A stretch of DNA of 64,000 bases from Oikopleura dioica (lineage: Eukaryota > Animalia > Chordata). The position numbers were made by a program, and so were the translations under genes. A model generated the notes under the pieces. It was given only the letters and a program-made list of their open reading frames with translations, ran no database searches and was not told the origin of the DNA. This document shows positions 1 through 11,175 of this stretch, piece by piece. Where the stretch lies: positions 868,001-932,000 of the forward strand of contig OU015566.1 of assembly GCA_907165135.1 (NCBI GenBank), in the 5' to 3' direction. The stretch's first letter is position 1, and each line of letters opens with the position of its first letter.

Positions 1-509
1 CCAATCCACAAAAGAAAATTATATTTATCTAGCTAGAGAGCAATTTATTAAGATATCTCTGCCGAAATCGTCATTTTGACCAATTTTTGAACACGCGTAG
101 AACCATCAAAATACAATCGCAAATTCGAGCCCTATTTATTTTTAGAAAGTTTATACGCTGGTCTAAAGTTGCCATATAATAAAATTAAGAAATTCAAAAA
201 AATTTTTATGTAATACGATCGATCAAACCATGAGTCTCGAAAACTTGAAAAAAATGAGTTTTTGAAAAAAGGTTTATCTTATATTACCTTCACACCAGAG
301 AGATTATTTATCATTTTCATACTCTTGAGAATTTCTCGTTTTTAAAATTTTTCATCAAAATCTCACTTTTCATTTGCGATTTTGGGGGCTTTTCTCTGAC
401 ATTTGAAAAAACTGACCAACACAAAAATTGTAACTTTTCTTACGAGCATTCAGAATCTGGAAAGAAAATTTGAAAATTCCGATTTTCTCAAAAGCGAGGA
501 CTACCCCCT
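1..509. mobile_element. Right-hand part of a probable TTAA-flanked non-autonomous DNA element
   Basis: Ends ...AAAAGCGAGGACTACCCC-TTAA. A similar end (GACCACCACCCCC-TTAA) occurs near 62643-62660. The left end is not visible in the window. Confidence 0.4.
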
Positions 510-1009
510 TAAAGGGTTAGGGTTAAAATTAGGTTATGAATCATAACTTATGATAAAGATTTCAGTGTTGGCAACTCCTCTTTAAAATTTCTCAGCAGCA
601 TCAGAAAATACTTGGACGAAAAATACGCCCCTGGAAGTTGACCGAAAAATGCATCACCTGTTTTCCTTCGCGCTTTTATCTGAGTAATAAATAACAAAGT
701 TGAGATTTATGCTCCCTAATGCGTGTCATCAGGCTCTGTAAATCCTGATTAACGCCAATAGCATCCGCGTTACAAAAAAGTTCCTTCTTCAAAAGAGAGG
801 ATGAATTCTACTGAAGCAAATGCGTTTTTTCACGGTTTCGAGAGGGATTTATGCTATTGTTCTGGAGACTCAAACATAGAAAATGATCAAGAATATTCAA
901 AATTGTCTTTTTTATGCTTTTATTTATCATTGAACAAGACATTCCCGCTGGATACAAAATTGTGCTCGTCGAAATTGGGCGCCAATTTCTATAGAATAAG
1001 AGTGTTTAA

Positions 1010-1345
1010 GGACCCCCCGTCAACAATTTTCGAAAAATCTATTTTCGGAATTTCAGAATTTTGACCCCGGAAATGGATTTTTCAGGTCAAAAAACGATTT
1101 TGAGGCTTCATTTTTTGGGGGTCTATCTTGACTCTAACACCTTCAAAATCGCGTTTGAAAATCGGACTTTTTGACGAAAAATGACGAAAAAGACCCAATT
1201 TTGCTATAATATGATATTTTTATTGGTTAAAAAAGTTCTCCGAACAAGTTTTTATGATAAATTGAACTTCCAGGAACACTAAGAAGCCAAAATATGGCTT
1301 TTTTGAAATTTTCGATTTTTGAGGAAAATTGTTGACGGGGGGTCC
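1010..1345. mobile_element. MITE family K (Kolobok-like), complete 336-bp copy
   Basis: 22-bp TIR GGACCCCCCGTCAACAATTTTC / GAAAATTGTTGACGGGGGGTCC, with TTAA on both sides (1006-1009, 1346-1349). GG..CC termini with a TTAA TSD fit Kolobok. Confidence 0.9.
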
Positions 1346-1811
1346 TTAAATTTGAAAAATCAGAAGCATCCGAAAATTTCTATCATTATTTTCTTCAAGC
1401 TTGTTGGTTTTCCTTGCCATCGCCGGAGTCTTTTACATGCTGCATCCTTATACAACTCCTGAAAACTGCAATGCCTGCAAGACGATGATGATTTACAGAA
1501 TGACCGGTAAACGACCTCAAGTGAAGCAAAATATTCTTCAACGAAGGAAATCAAATTTTGAAATTTAAAAAATTCATTCTGAACTTCTGAAATAAAACGA
1601 AATAGCAAAATTTGATCGTTTTTTCTATTGAAACTTCCCATATTATATGCCAAGGAGATAAATATAGATATTTCATCAGCATTTCAATCATCGATTTGTT
1701 TCGCCCTGGGCCAGGGAAATTGTGGGAGGAGACAGCCGGGTAAGCTCTGATCAAAAGTCCATTGCCAAAGTGTCAAAATTTTCTGCTCAGAAAAAAAAAA
1801 CAGAGAGAAAA

Positions 1812-2725
1812 ATGAAAAATTGAAGATGACGGAAAACATGGATTTCATGCTGCTTTCAATGTAAAAAATGAATCAATTCGTTGAATCCGCGAAACTTTTG
1901 TTTTCAGGCTTTTAAAATGCAAGAAAATTGGAAACAAGGAAGAATTAAAGAAAAAATTTAACGAAAGTAAAGCGAAAATTGAAATTGCGCAAACAAAGCG
2001 ACCGGAAAAACGAGATCGGAGAGAAATTCTTGAAAATGGTCACATGATCTCTTCTTCCAGGAATTTTCTTTCTTCCAAAAGAGCTTATGTTAATGGTATC
2101 AGCTCTTTTATTCAACATAATCTGTAACATCTTTAGATTATCTGCCGCGAATTTCCTCGACACCAAAACGCATCCGAACTTCACGAACAACTGACAGAAG
2201 CAACAGTTATTCGTTACCAGAGCCGATTCTTGAGATCAGCGAAATTCGTCCTCCGACTTTTGACTCCCGAATTTCTCCGGTTCAAGAAGCAAACAATGAT
2301 TTCAAGCCGCCCGTTTTTGAAGCTCCAAAAGGTAGGGGGCTAGTTCAGTCAAAGGGAGTTAGAAACAAGTCTCAAACGGGAGCCTGTGTTTTGTAACTGA
2401 GCATTTCTCTCTAGAAATCACCACAGAAGCAGCAGAAACTCAAACTTGTTCATCTCTTAATCATTCATCAACACAGACTGACGAGCTGAACGACATCGTA
2501 TTTGAACGAACAATTTCAGAAAACTCTACATCAGGTCATTTTTCTTTCTTATTTTTCCTTTCTCATCGTTGTTTTCTAGATGCTTCAACATCAACCTGGT
2601 TCCAAATGATCGAACTCACCCAACCAGTTCCGCCAGAAATGGAAGAAATAGAAGCAAGAGATGCGTCAACGCAAACTGAAATCAACGAAGAAAATACGAG
2701 AAAATCTTTTTTTGGACTCTTTTGA
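1812..2725 (+). CDS. Uncharacterised low-complexity protein with several TQT motifs (5' end uncertain)
   Basis: Spliced frame DYLPRISSTPKR...FEAPK|EITTEAAETQT...SSTQTD...|DASTST...DASTQTE...FFGLF* using GT-AG introns; stop at 2723-2725. Confidence 0.5.
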
Positions 2726-2762
2726 GATCGAAGTGAATACTTTATTAAAATAAAAAGGAGAA

Positions 2763-4506
2763 TTAGGAAGAGAAAACTTCCTTGCCTCGAACAAAGACAT
2801 TTTTGATTGATCTTGGATCAGCACAGTGGATGAATCTCTCCAACAGCTCATCTAGAAATAATGAAGTCAAAAGACACTAAACAAGACTTTTTACCTGGGC
2901 TGTCATTTTCCAAAAACGCAGTCTCCAAACTCGCCCCAACATCAGCAATAACAGCGTCAAATTCTTTTCCGACTTCGAGTGATCCAACTTGATCGTCGAT
3001 TTTGAGAGCTTTGGCGCCGTTTAGTGTTCCAAAGATAAAGGCTTTCTTGAAGTTCAGGTACGAAGTTGTTTGCTTGTTCTTGATCGTGTTGATTTTCGAG
3101 GAAAGCTCAGCATATCGCATCGCATCGACCATTGAAGCAGATGTTCCGCCGGAAACATCGGTGCCTAGAAAATGCTCAACCCATTCAGTGTGAGGTTTTT
3201 ACCCAAAGCAATATTGACATTTGCATCATCTGCGACCTTGTGGTCCAAGACACCACTCATCAAGGCAAAATTCGAATCTGGGCAATGAACGATCGAAGCT
3301 CCTTTTTCACTCATCTTCTTTCTCTCAGCATCTGTCAGGTAAATACTGTGGGCTACAGGGAGATAAGATGATAGTGTTAGAAAACTTTTCTTACCAAGAA
3401 GACATCGATCAGAAACAAGGCCGTACTTGTCGTAGACATCAAGGTATCCATCGTTCGGAAAAAGTTCCTAAAAATTTGAATACTGGAAAGCCGAAAAAAT
3501 CACCTTCATCAACTGAATTTCGCCTTCATTCTCCGAAATATGCGTTTGAATCGCCATATTTTCCTCCTTCGCCATCTTGCCCAAGCTTTCCATCAGAGAT
3601 GGCGAGCAAGAAACGGCAAATCTCGGCGTTATGATTGGCTCGACCAACGAATTTCCCAACCCACGTATTTCTCGAGCGGCCCAGGCGGTATCCACAACCG
3701 ACTCAGCTGTTTTCTCCAACTAAAGGAAAGGTTTTTTTTGAAAGACCAAAAGTTATTACGTAATAAGTCGCGAGGGGATTACTGTCGATATTGCATTTTC
3801 CGACGTATGCTCGCTGGCCTTGCTCGGAACATTGAATCGCCAGGGCTTTTGATTGGCCAAAAATGAAATTTCAACCATCCGGTAAACGGAAATTTCGCCC
3901 AATTCCTAAAGCATCATCCTTATAAATCGTCCCAAAATAGCAAGCCGTTGTCGTTCCGCGAGAAAGAGTCGATCGAACCACAGCAGCGTTCATCTTTTCC
4001 GAAAAATTCTTGTCCGCGAATTTCGACTCGAGAGGAAAAGTATATGTGGTCAACCAGTCGAGGAGGGGGAGATCTTGATGCGCGCCGATGTTGCCGAATT
4101 GCGGGGCGTGAAGATGGGCATCGATAAAACCCGGCATCAGAAGAGAATATGGACCGAGCTTTTTGACGGTTTTTTTTGGAGTTAGGGTTATGCTAAGGAT
4201 TTATGCAATTCGTGAGCGATAAAACTGATTCCTTGATGATTTCACCATCGTATCTCGCGACGATTTCATCCTTGTTTCCAGAGGCGTTTATGATTCCATG
4301 AGAGTCTTTTCAGAGGTTTTTCCTTAGATTCTTGAGTCTTTGAAGAACTTGATTTTTAGGAGGATTATCACCCGGAACTTTTTTTCTAATAATTATTGAA
4401 AACCTTTTCCTACAACAACAGCCCAATCATTTTTCGTCAATTCTCCTGCCGGATCGGTTCCAACCACAATTTTCCCGACAAAAATTTTGTCTCCTTCGCT
4501 CGCCAT
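2763..4506 (-). CDS. GDA: Guanine deaminase (amidohydrolase family), 9 exons, intact
   Basis: Motifs MPGFIDAHLHAPQ, RGTTTACYFGT, GQRAYVGK, IITPRFAVSCS, IQTHISEN, LAHSIYL, HCPDSN, LGTDVSGG, LEVGKEFDA. The frame is restored across GT-AG and GA-AG introns. Confidence 0.95.
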
Positions 4507-5103
4507 GATTTTCTCTTTTGCAAAGTTTTCTCTTCCTACCGCAGCTTGAAATTTGCCTGTTTCCCGTAAAAGAGGCTTTGAGAAATTTTTATTCTCTCGA
4601 AGAATACTTTTATTTTCTTCGTATTTGATCCGGTTCGAGAGGGAAAGTGGCTTTTAGATGGATTTGAATTTGGTTTTGTTTTTTTATGTAATTTGTCGAA
4701 TGGAGAATCGCTCATTTTATGGTACTCAAACATGTCAATAAAAATGTTTATTCAAGGCCAAATGTTCAAAAGTCGCCCCTTGCTGATCTTCCTCAAAACG
4801 AAAATTCTGACCCAGTTTCTTTGAAAAAACGCGCACATTTTCTCGAGTTTCCATTTCACGAAATTGAGGAAAAATCGATACGTTTTTTCGGGCGATGAAA
4901 ACATGATCGTATCGCAGTGATCTTTTTTTGCATCTTATTTTTGAACACAAAAATTTCTCAAGCCAACTTTCGTGAATGAATTTCCGCAAATTTATTTGAA
5001 GTAAACTATTTATAAGTCGCAATATTTTATTATTTATTGAAACAGTTTTCTAGAAAATAAACTGGGGAAAAAATCAATGAATATTTTGATATCTTGCTGT
5101 CTT

Positions 5104-6026
5104 TCATATGGTGCCTTCGTATGTGTCAATCATCATCGCAACCTCGCAGTCACCAAATGAATACTTCCATCCGAAGGCGCAGAGAATAGATGCATTTACC
5201 CCGATGAATATCTCAAAAACTGAAAAAATAAAAAATTTTAAACTCATAATAAAAAATGGGAATTAACCAATTTTTCGATTTGCATTTCTGGATAACCAAT
5301 AAGATTGCTGTATTTGGCCTACAGGCCAATAAAAACCATTTCCATAAAAATCAGATCCAAAAATTGGTTCTACCCAAAAAATGAGCATAATTCAAACAAG
5401 CTTACTGAAACCACATAGGAGGCCGGTTTCTCCAGTTAATATATTGCAGACCATAAGTAAAGTCTGAAATATGTCAGAAACAAAAATAATTAAGGCTGTT
5501 ATACCGTTAAAGCAAGAGTAGCACAAATGAAAATTGTGACTCCGACGGAGTAATTAAGCATAATCGGTCGCCAGCAATATGTGAGTGAGCTGTAGCATGT
5601 TTTCAGTTTGTTGTATTTCCCAAAGAACACAGATGGCGTCACCACATCGAAATGGACATATTGAACGATTGAAGCTTTCTGTATGAAAATTATAGCAAAT
5701 TACCACTTTAAGTGTTTTCTACCCGACTTGTGTCCAAGTCAGACTCGAACTCTCGGCCACAGGTATTTGGATGAGTATTCATTAATTTGATGAGGCGCTC
5801 AAGACCATTTTCTAGCGAAAATTTCAGATATTAAAGAATTCGCAACTGAGTCAGATTGAAACTAGATCTTGCCTTCAAATTATCGATTCGGATCTTCCGT
5901 CAAAGCAGTCTCATTTCCGAAAAGCGTCAAATTGCCTTAATAATTCATCCGTTTATTCGGAAAATTGAAAGGAAAACCTCTAAGCGGATCAGCAAAAGCT
6001 ATTGAAAAAAATAATAAAATTCGCAT
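5104..6026 (-). CDS. Uncharacterised membrane protein with signal peptide
   Basis: Signal-like start MRILLFFSIAFA; hydrophobic segments VGVTIFICATLALTTLLMVCNIL and IFEIFIGVNASILCAFG; spliced frame is continuous to a TGA stop. Confidence 0.55.
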
Positions 6027-6129
6027 TTTCGCGGGAGCGATTCCGTACCGACAGAATTAACCACTAGTATCAGAAAATATGATCTTATAAATTTGCGTTT
6101 TGTATTCAAAGTTATCTATTTAAATGTCA

Positions 6130-6782
6130 CGCTTTCCTCAGACAGGAATTTCCTGAGAGAAAGTTTTCCGTTCGATTCATGAACTCAAAATGCAGCACAA
6201 AGACATTAAATATTCGAAAAATTAACTTTTGTCACTCATTTTCAAAAAAAAGTATATTTCATTTTATTGTGAGTTATTTTTTCTTTCAGTCGCAAAATAT
6301 TCAATCTTCTTCGAGGAGGAGCAATCTGAGGAGAATGAGAATCTCCTTGGGTAATCAGGGATGAGCCAGTCATTTTCTGATCCAGTTTGCGTGTCTTTAA
6401 ATGATTTTGTTGTTTGATTTTTGGATTGAGTCGGTTTACTAAGGCTTTCGAACATTGCGACCTTTTCGCAGACTCTTAAAAAGATTGGAAAATGAGATTC
6501 AAGGGATATTCATACGTCCATGAAGTAGGAGAGCTGCATTGTGGCTTCTGATTCTTATCGTTTAGAATTTGCTGTTGGAAGTTTGAAAAAAGATATTATT
6601 CTTAAAGTGCTTCATTTTTTTCTTTTTTTTTTTAAAACACGACCTGAACTCTTTCAATCATCAAAAAATCGTCTGTCTGGCATGGTCGAGAATAGAACTC
6701 TTTTGTGAATGCTTCTTCTTTTGCTAAAGAATAATTTCTCGATTAAGAATTTTAAAGGAAAAGTACCGATATTCTCGCCCAT
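6130..6782 (-). CDS. Possible uncharacterised multi-exon gene
   Basis: Exon-like segments (MGENIAKEEAF..., QQILNDKNQKPQC|VCEKVAMFESL...) with GT-AG junctions; one junction could not be phased. Confidence 0.3.
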
Positions 6783-7007
6783 GAAAAAAAATGCTCTGTT
6801 TATTCAGCGACTCGCGGGAAAAATTGATAGAAACGTGGACAATAATCGCCGGGGATCGATTTTGCTGCACTGCGCGTAATAGCCACACTCTTTTCACTTG
6901 TTTTTCTTATTAGTCCTTATTTATAGCCAGCGATGAATATCGACGTTTCCATTTCAAAAAAATTATATAATATATCCATGCCATGTTTGCAAGATAAGTT
7001 TCTTTAA

Positions 7008-7178
7008 GGACCCCCCCGTCAACAATTTTCCCTAAAAAATCGAAAATTTCAAAAAAATCATATTTTGGTTTCTTAGTCCGCCTGGAAGTTTAATACATGA
7101 TGAAAACTTGTTCGGAGCCCTTTTGACCAATAATAATCTAAAATTTAAGCAAAATTAGGTCGTTTTCGTCATTTTTCG
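7008..7178. mobile_element. MITE family K, truncated copy
   Basis: TTAA-GGACCCCCCCGTCAACAATTTTC followed by sequence matching the reverse complement of the right end of 1010-1345. Confidence 0.8.
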
Positions 7179-7209
7179 GTTTTGTTATTATTTTCATAAA
7201 TTTATCGTC

Positions 7210-7400
7210 TCTAGAATGGTCACATGATTGTCACGTGTTGTTTTTAAGGATGGGGGTATATAAACAAATGTTGACGGAAATCTCTTCATTATGAGACTTT
7301 CTCTCCTGGCGGTAACCAGTTGGCAGTGAAGAATAGTTCTGACAATTGAGAAATTTAAAGCGATTGTCAGCTATCTCCACTGTTCCCTGGAAATCAGCCC
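7210..7400 (+). repeat. ~190-bp direct repeat, copy 1, containing a ~75-nt hairpin (7316-7390); candidate ncRNA
   Basis: Aligns with 10891-11085; stem CAGTG..CTGACAAT / ATTGTCAG..CACTG. Confidence 0.7.
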
Positions 7401-7625
7401 CACTCGACAGAGATTCGTGAAATTCTTCCTGTTCGTTATTATCTTGCTGTTATTGGGTGCAATAAAACTCATCTTCATCACATTTATAATAAAGAAAAGG
7501 TCAGTTTTACGACGGTTCTGCATTGAATCAAAAGCTAAATTAATCAATTGATTTCTTGTTTTGAAAGTATAAATTGGTAATTCGAAAATCTTATACTCAC
7601 AAATTAGAGAAAGAGAATTATTAAA

Positions 7626-10600
7626 ATGATTGGAGAGGATTATCAAATGGAACATTTCGACGAGAATTTTGAAGAAGAAGATTATTTGCTAGATGATGTT
7701 GACACAGATGTTGACACAATAGAAGATGACGAAGATAAGCAGAAGGATGAAAGACCAGTTTTAAAAGAAGACAAAGCAGAATGCAGGACTTTGGGGATGA
7801 AACATTTGACGCAAAATACTCGCAATCAAAAGTAGAGTGAACCCTAGTTGTTCCCCTTTTAAAATTGTTTTTAAGAATCTCTCAGCCACCTGAGCTGAGC
7901 AAAGATAAAATAGAAAAATGGCTGCCCGGTTTTATCTCGAAGTTAAAAAGGACAACTTCCAGGACGACGATTTGTCGATTGATTGAGTCGGTCATGAGGC
8001 AAGAACTCAAAGATGATTGGAATGCGTATTTGTGGGAAGTGTTCGGATTTAAGGGCAAAAAAGGCTACATTTTCCGTCCAGACAGAGAAGAAATTGAATC
8101 TTTCGAAATCACCGCTTACCAAAACCATCTTCTCTCGACAGAACCTCATCTCAGAAATATTTATATAAATAGATCTGATCTGAAAGAAGAGACTGGAGAA
8201 TGGAGTCTTCATCCTGATCATGTACCAACAAAAATTTCTGAAGGAGGTGAAGCGCTCATTCTAACACAGAAATTTGGGAAGAAAGAGTATGCAGTTCGGG
8301 TTCAGGTTTTTGACCCCTATCTTTTCAGTGATTATTACGATCACAAATATGTTCATCATAAAATTCATTTAGCTTCAGGTATCATGCTTTCTTATATAAA
8401 AAAAAACTAAGATTTAAGGTTATATAAGAGCTATAGACCGAACATCTTCTTTTCCAGAAAAATCCGAAAATGAAAAACAGATTCCAATTCACGAAAATGT
8501 CGTGAAAAACTTTGTCAATATTGAGCTTTTTCATGGCTGTGACAAGTTAATGACGGATTGTATTGGCTGGATAACAATTATGGAAAAATGTGATAAAACT
8601 ATTCGTCCTTTATTGAAAAAGAAAAACCGACTCGACTTGGAGCAAAGAAAAAAAATGGCTTTTGGTAGGCTTCGTGATTAAGGATCCCCCGTCAGCTCTT
8701 TCCTTCATAAAATGGAAATTTTAAAAAAAATACCATATTTTTCGTTCTTAATGCGTTCTCTGGTTAAATTTGCTTCAAAAACTTGCAAAGAGGAATTTTT
8801 GACCAAGAAAAAATCAATATTTTCGCCATAATTTGGGCAAATTCGTCAATTTTTGCGAAAAATCCAATTTTCAAACGCGATTTTGAGGTTGTTAGAGTCG
8901 AGATAGACTCCCAAAAAATTGTTTTTTGACCCGTAGAATCCATTTCCGGGGTCAAAACTTAAAAAATCCGAAATTTGATTTTTCGAAAAAAGCTGACGGG
9001 GGTCCTTAAGAACATTCTATAAAACATATTTTGTCATATAATAAGAATAGGGCTAGATTTTAAGCTGCATAAGTTCATTTAGAAATTTTAGAAATATGGA
9101 GTGGGCTTGATTATTTACGGTCGATTGGGATTGATCATTTTGATCGAAAATTGCAAAACTTCTTGCTTCTAAAAAAAGTGGTCAAAATATGTGACTTTGG
9201 ACTTGTAAATGAACGAAGTGGACGAATCGGCTACCGCGAAATGGGTTATTCTAGGAGAGGTTCCAAGTTTAGGAATACCTACGCACTTGGTGATGTTCAT
9301 TTGATGTATTTTATTTAATTTTGATTCTAGCCGCTGGATCACCAGCCTTTTCTTGTCAATGGCAGCTGACTCTTTCAGAAGGGAATGTTATCCAGCCATT
9401 TGCATATTTCCTGTTGGGCGAATGGAAAACCGCTTGGACTCTGCTATTTAAACCAATAGATCACAGCGAACGAAGAAAAATAGAAGAGAAGCTTAAGGTT
9501 AATTTAGATTTAAAAAAATTCATAAAAGAAAAGTTTTTTTTTTAGAAATTTGGATCGATGAATATAATTGATCTTGCAACAGATAAAAAACAGTGTAGGT
9601 GCCAATATTTTGTGAATTGTCAATTATACGAGAACTTCTATTCCGGGTTAAACGACATCATATGTCTTCAAGATTTAACATCTGATTATTGTTTGAATGA
9701 TCCGAACCTCACCAAATCCTGCCACATGGCCGCTCTTAAACGAAATATGGCAGAATATAAAAGCTTCAATTTGACGATGAAAAACCTGTCTCGAAATATC
9801 CTCAATCAGAACTTCAGTAACCTCTGTGTCCCAATTTCAGTCACGACTCTTATTCGTCATGCGATGAAAAATGATCTTGGTTTTGTTGAGAAAAAGATAA
9901 CTCATTCGTTCGAACAAATTCTAACTATAATCGTGATGCTTGTTTACCCAAGAAGCATGGCTGGTTTGAATCTTAACCCGAACAAGGAAGAAACTAAAAA
10001 TCAACTCACTGCGATTGATGATCTTTTAACACGGATTTGCCGAAGAACATATTTGATGGATTCAGGTTGGGAAATTATCAGAATGCTCGGACCAGATAAT
10101 CATCCAAGACCGGCGAAATCAAATTGCATATGCAAACGAGGTCGGTTTTACAGTCAAGCTTTATTTTCAATATCGTCTTTTAAGTTTATCTCAATGAGAA
10201 TTTTAACTTTACCCGACCGGTTACCGCTACTGGCGTGATTCTAACTATTGATGGCGAAATTTTCACCAAATGACAATCGACAGAATTGAGAAGAACGCAT
10301 ACGTTCTTCAAAACTCGGATTTTAATGAGGAAAATCCTTTGAAATCAGTCAAGGGTTAAAGACTTTTTGATTCTAAGAGTACCGATGAAAATTTAATAAC
10401 CTGATTCTCCGGAAATTTCGACAAGAAATGGCGGAACCAGTCAAAATTGAGAAAAGATAAACCCCTCAAAAGTTATCCGAATCAAAAAGACCAATCCTTA
10501 TTACGATAACTACGATTTCGTTCGACAATATTATGACGACCTAACAAGAATTGCTCTATACGAAAACGATAACTTGAGATTAAAACTCGTGAACGAGCAT

Positions 10601-10692
10601 TCATCTATCGGAAATATCATATTTCAAATATGGAAGTCAATACTTGGTATCTTATGCCGATGGCGTATACTCTTCATCTTGAGAAAGTTTAA
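7626..10692 (+). CDS. Protein kinase-like domain fused to a C-terminal papain-fold (clan CA) cysteine protease-like domain; two apparent 1-nt frameshifts in the 3' part
   Basis: Kinase: EGGEALI, YAVRVQ, WITIMEKCD, HFDRKLQNFLL, CDFGL, AGSP. Protease: LNQNFSNLCVPIS (Q-x5-C), FHQM, YVLQNS. Frame breaks near 10260 and 10613. Confidence 0.8.
8682..9005. mobile_element. MITE family K, complete copy in an intron of the kinase-protease gene
   Basis: TTAA-GGATCCCCCGTCAGCT ... AGCTGACGGGGGTCC-TTAA. Confidence 0.9.
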
Positions 10693-10890
10693 ATAAAAGA
10701 AAAATGTTTGTCTGTTTGTTTCTAATTGCAGTTGATTTATAAAAATTAGAAGGAACTTTTTAAAAGAAAAAATTATAACTTATAATTTATAAGAGAATGA
10801 CTTTAAAGTCAATTCTAACGACAGAAACTAATTTTGCTTGTAGCCAAAGGAGATTTAAAGAATTGAAATGGATGTTAGGATTTTTGCTTC

Positions 10891-11085
10891 TCTAGAATGG
10901 TCATTTGATGGTTACGTATCGTCATTAGGGATTGGAGTTTTGGAACAATTATTGACGAAATTTTCTGCATTGTTTTTTTTTTCCTTCCTGGCAGTAACCA
11001 GTTGACAGTGAAGAATAGTTCTGGCAATTGAGAAATTGAAACCGATTGTCAGCTTACTCCACTGTTCCCTGGAAACTGACCCTTC
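10891..11085 (+). repeat. ~190-bp direct repeat, copy 2, with hairpin 10998-11072
   Basis: Homologous to 7210-7400; the hairpin portion is the best-conserved part. Confidence 0.7.
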
Positions 11086-11175
11086 TCATCGAAAAAGAAG
11101 ATATTTTTGAGTTTGATTATCATTTTATTTTACAGAATAATACGGGTTCTAGAATCGATCGTTTTCTTTTCATCA

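Noticed and set aside
801-1750. ORFs at 801-1064 and 1360-1754 as genes
   Set aside because: 801-1064 runs into a MITE. A + strand hydrophobic segment near 1370-1500 looks coding but has no in-frame start or phasable exons, so it is not called.
4322-4410. GAAAAG repeated at both ends of GDA intron 1 as a TSD
   Set aside because: Only 6 bp in purine-rich sequence with no convincing TIR; compatible with chance.
6640-6720. IERVQN as a PARP catalytic-domain motif
   Set aside because: No downstream HGT, GxGxYF or catalytic Glu motifs were found.
7316-7390. Hairpin as a SECIS element or C/D snoRNA
   Set aside because: No properly opposed GA/GA quartet with an apical AA, and the candidate CTGA boxes are not conserved between the two copies.
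7210-11085. Direct repeats as LTRs of a retrotransposon
   Set aside because: No TG..CA termini, PBS, PPT or gag/pol sequence, and the enclosed gene has introns. Kept only as an unexplained repeat.
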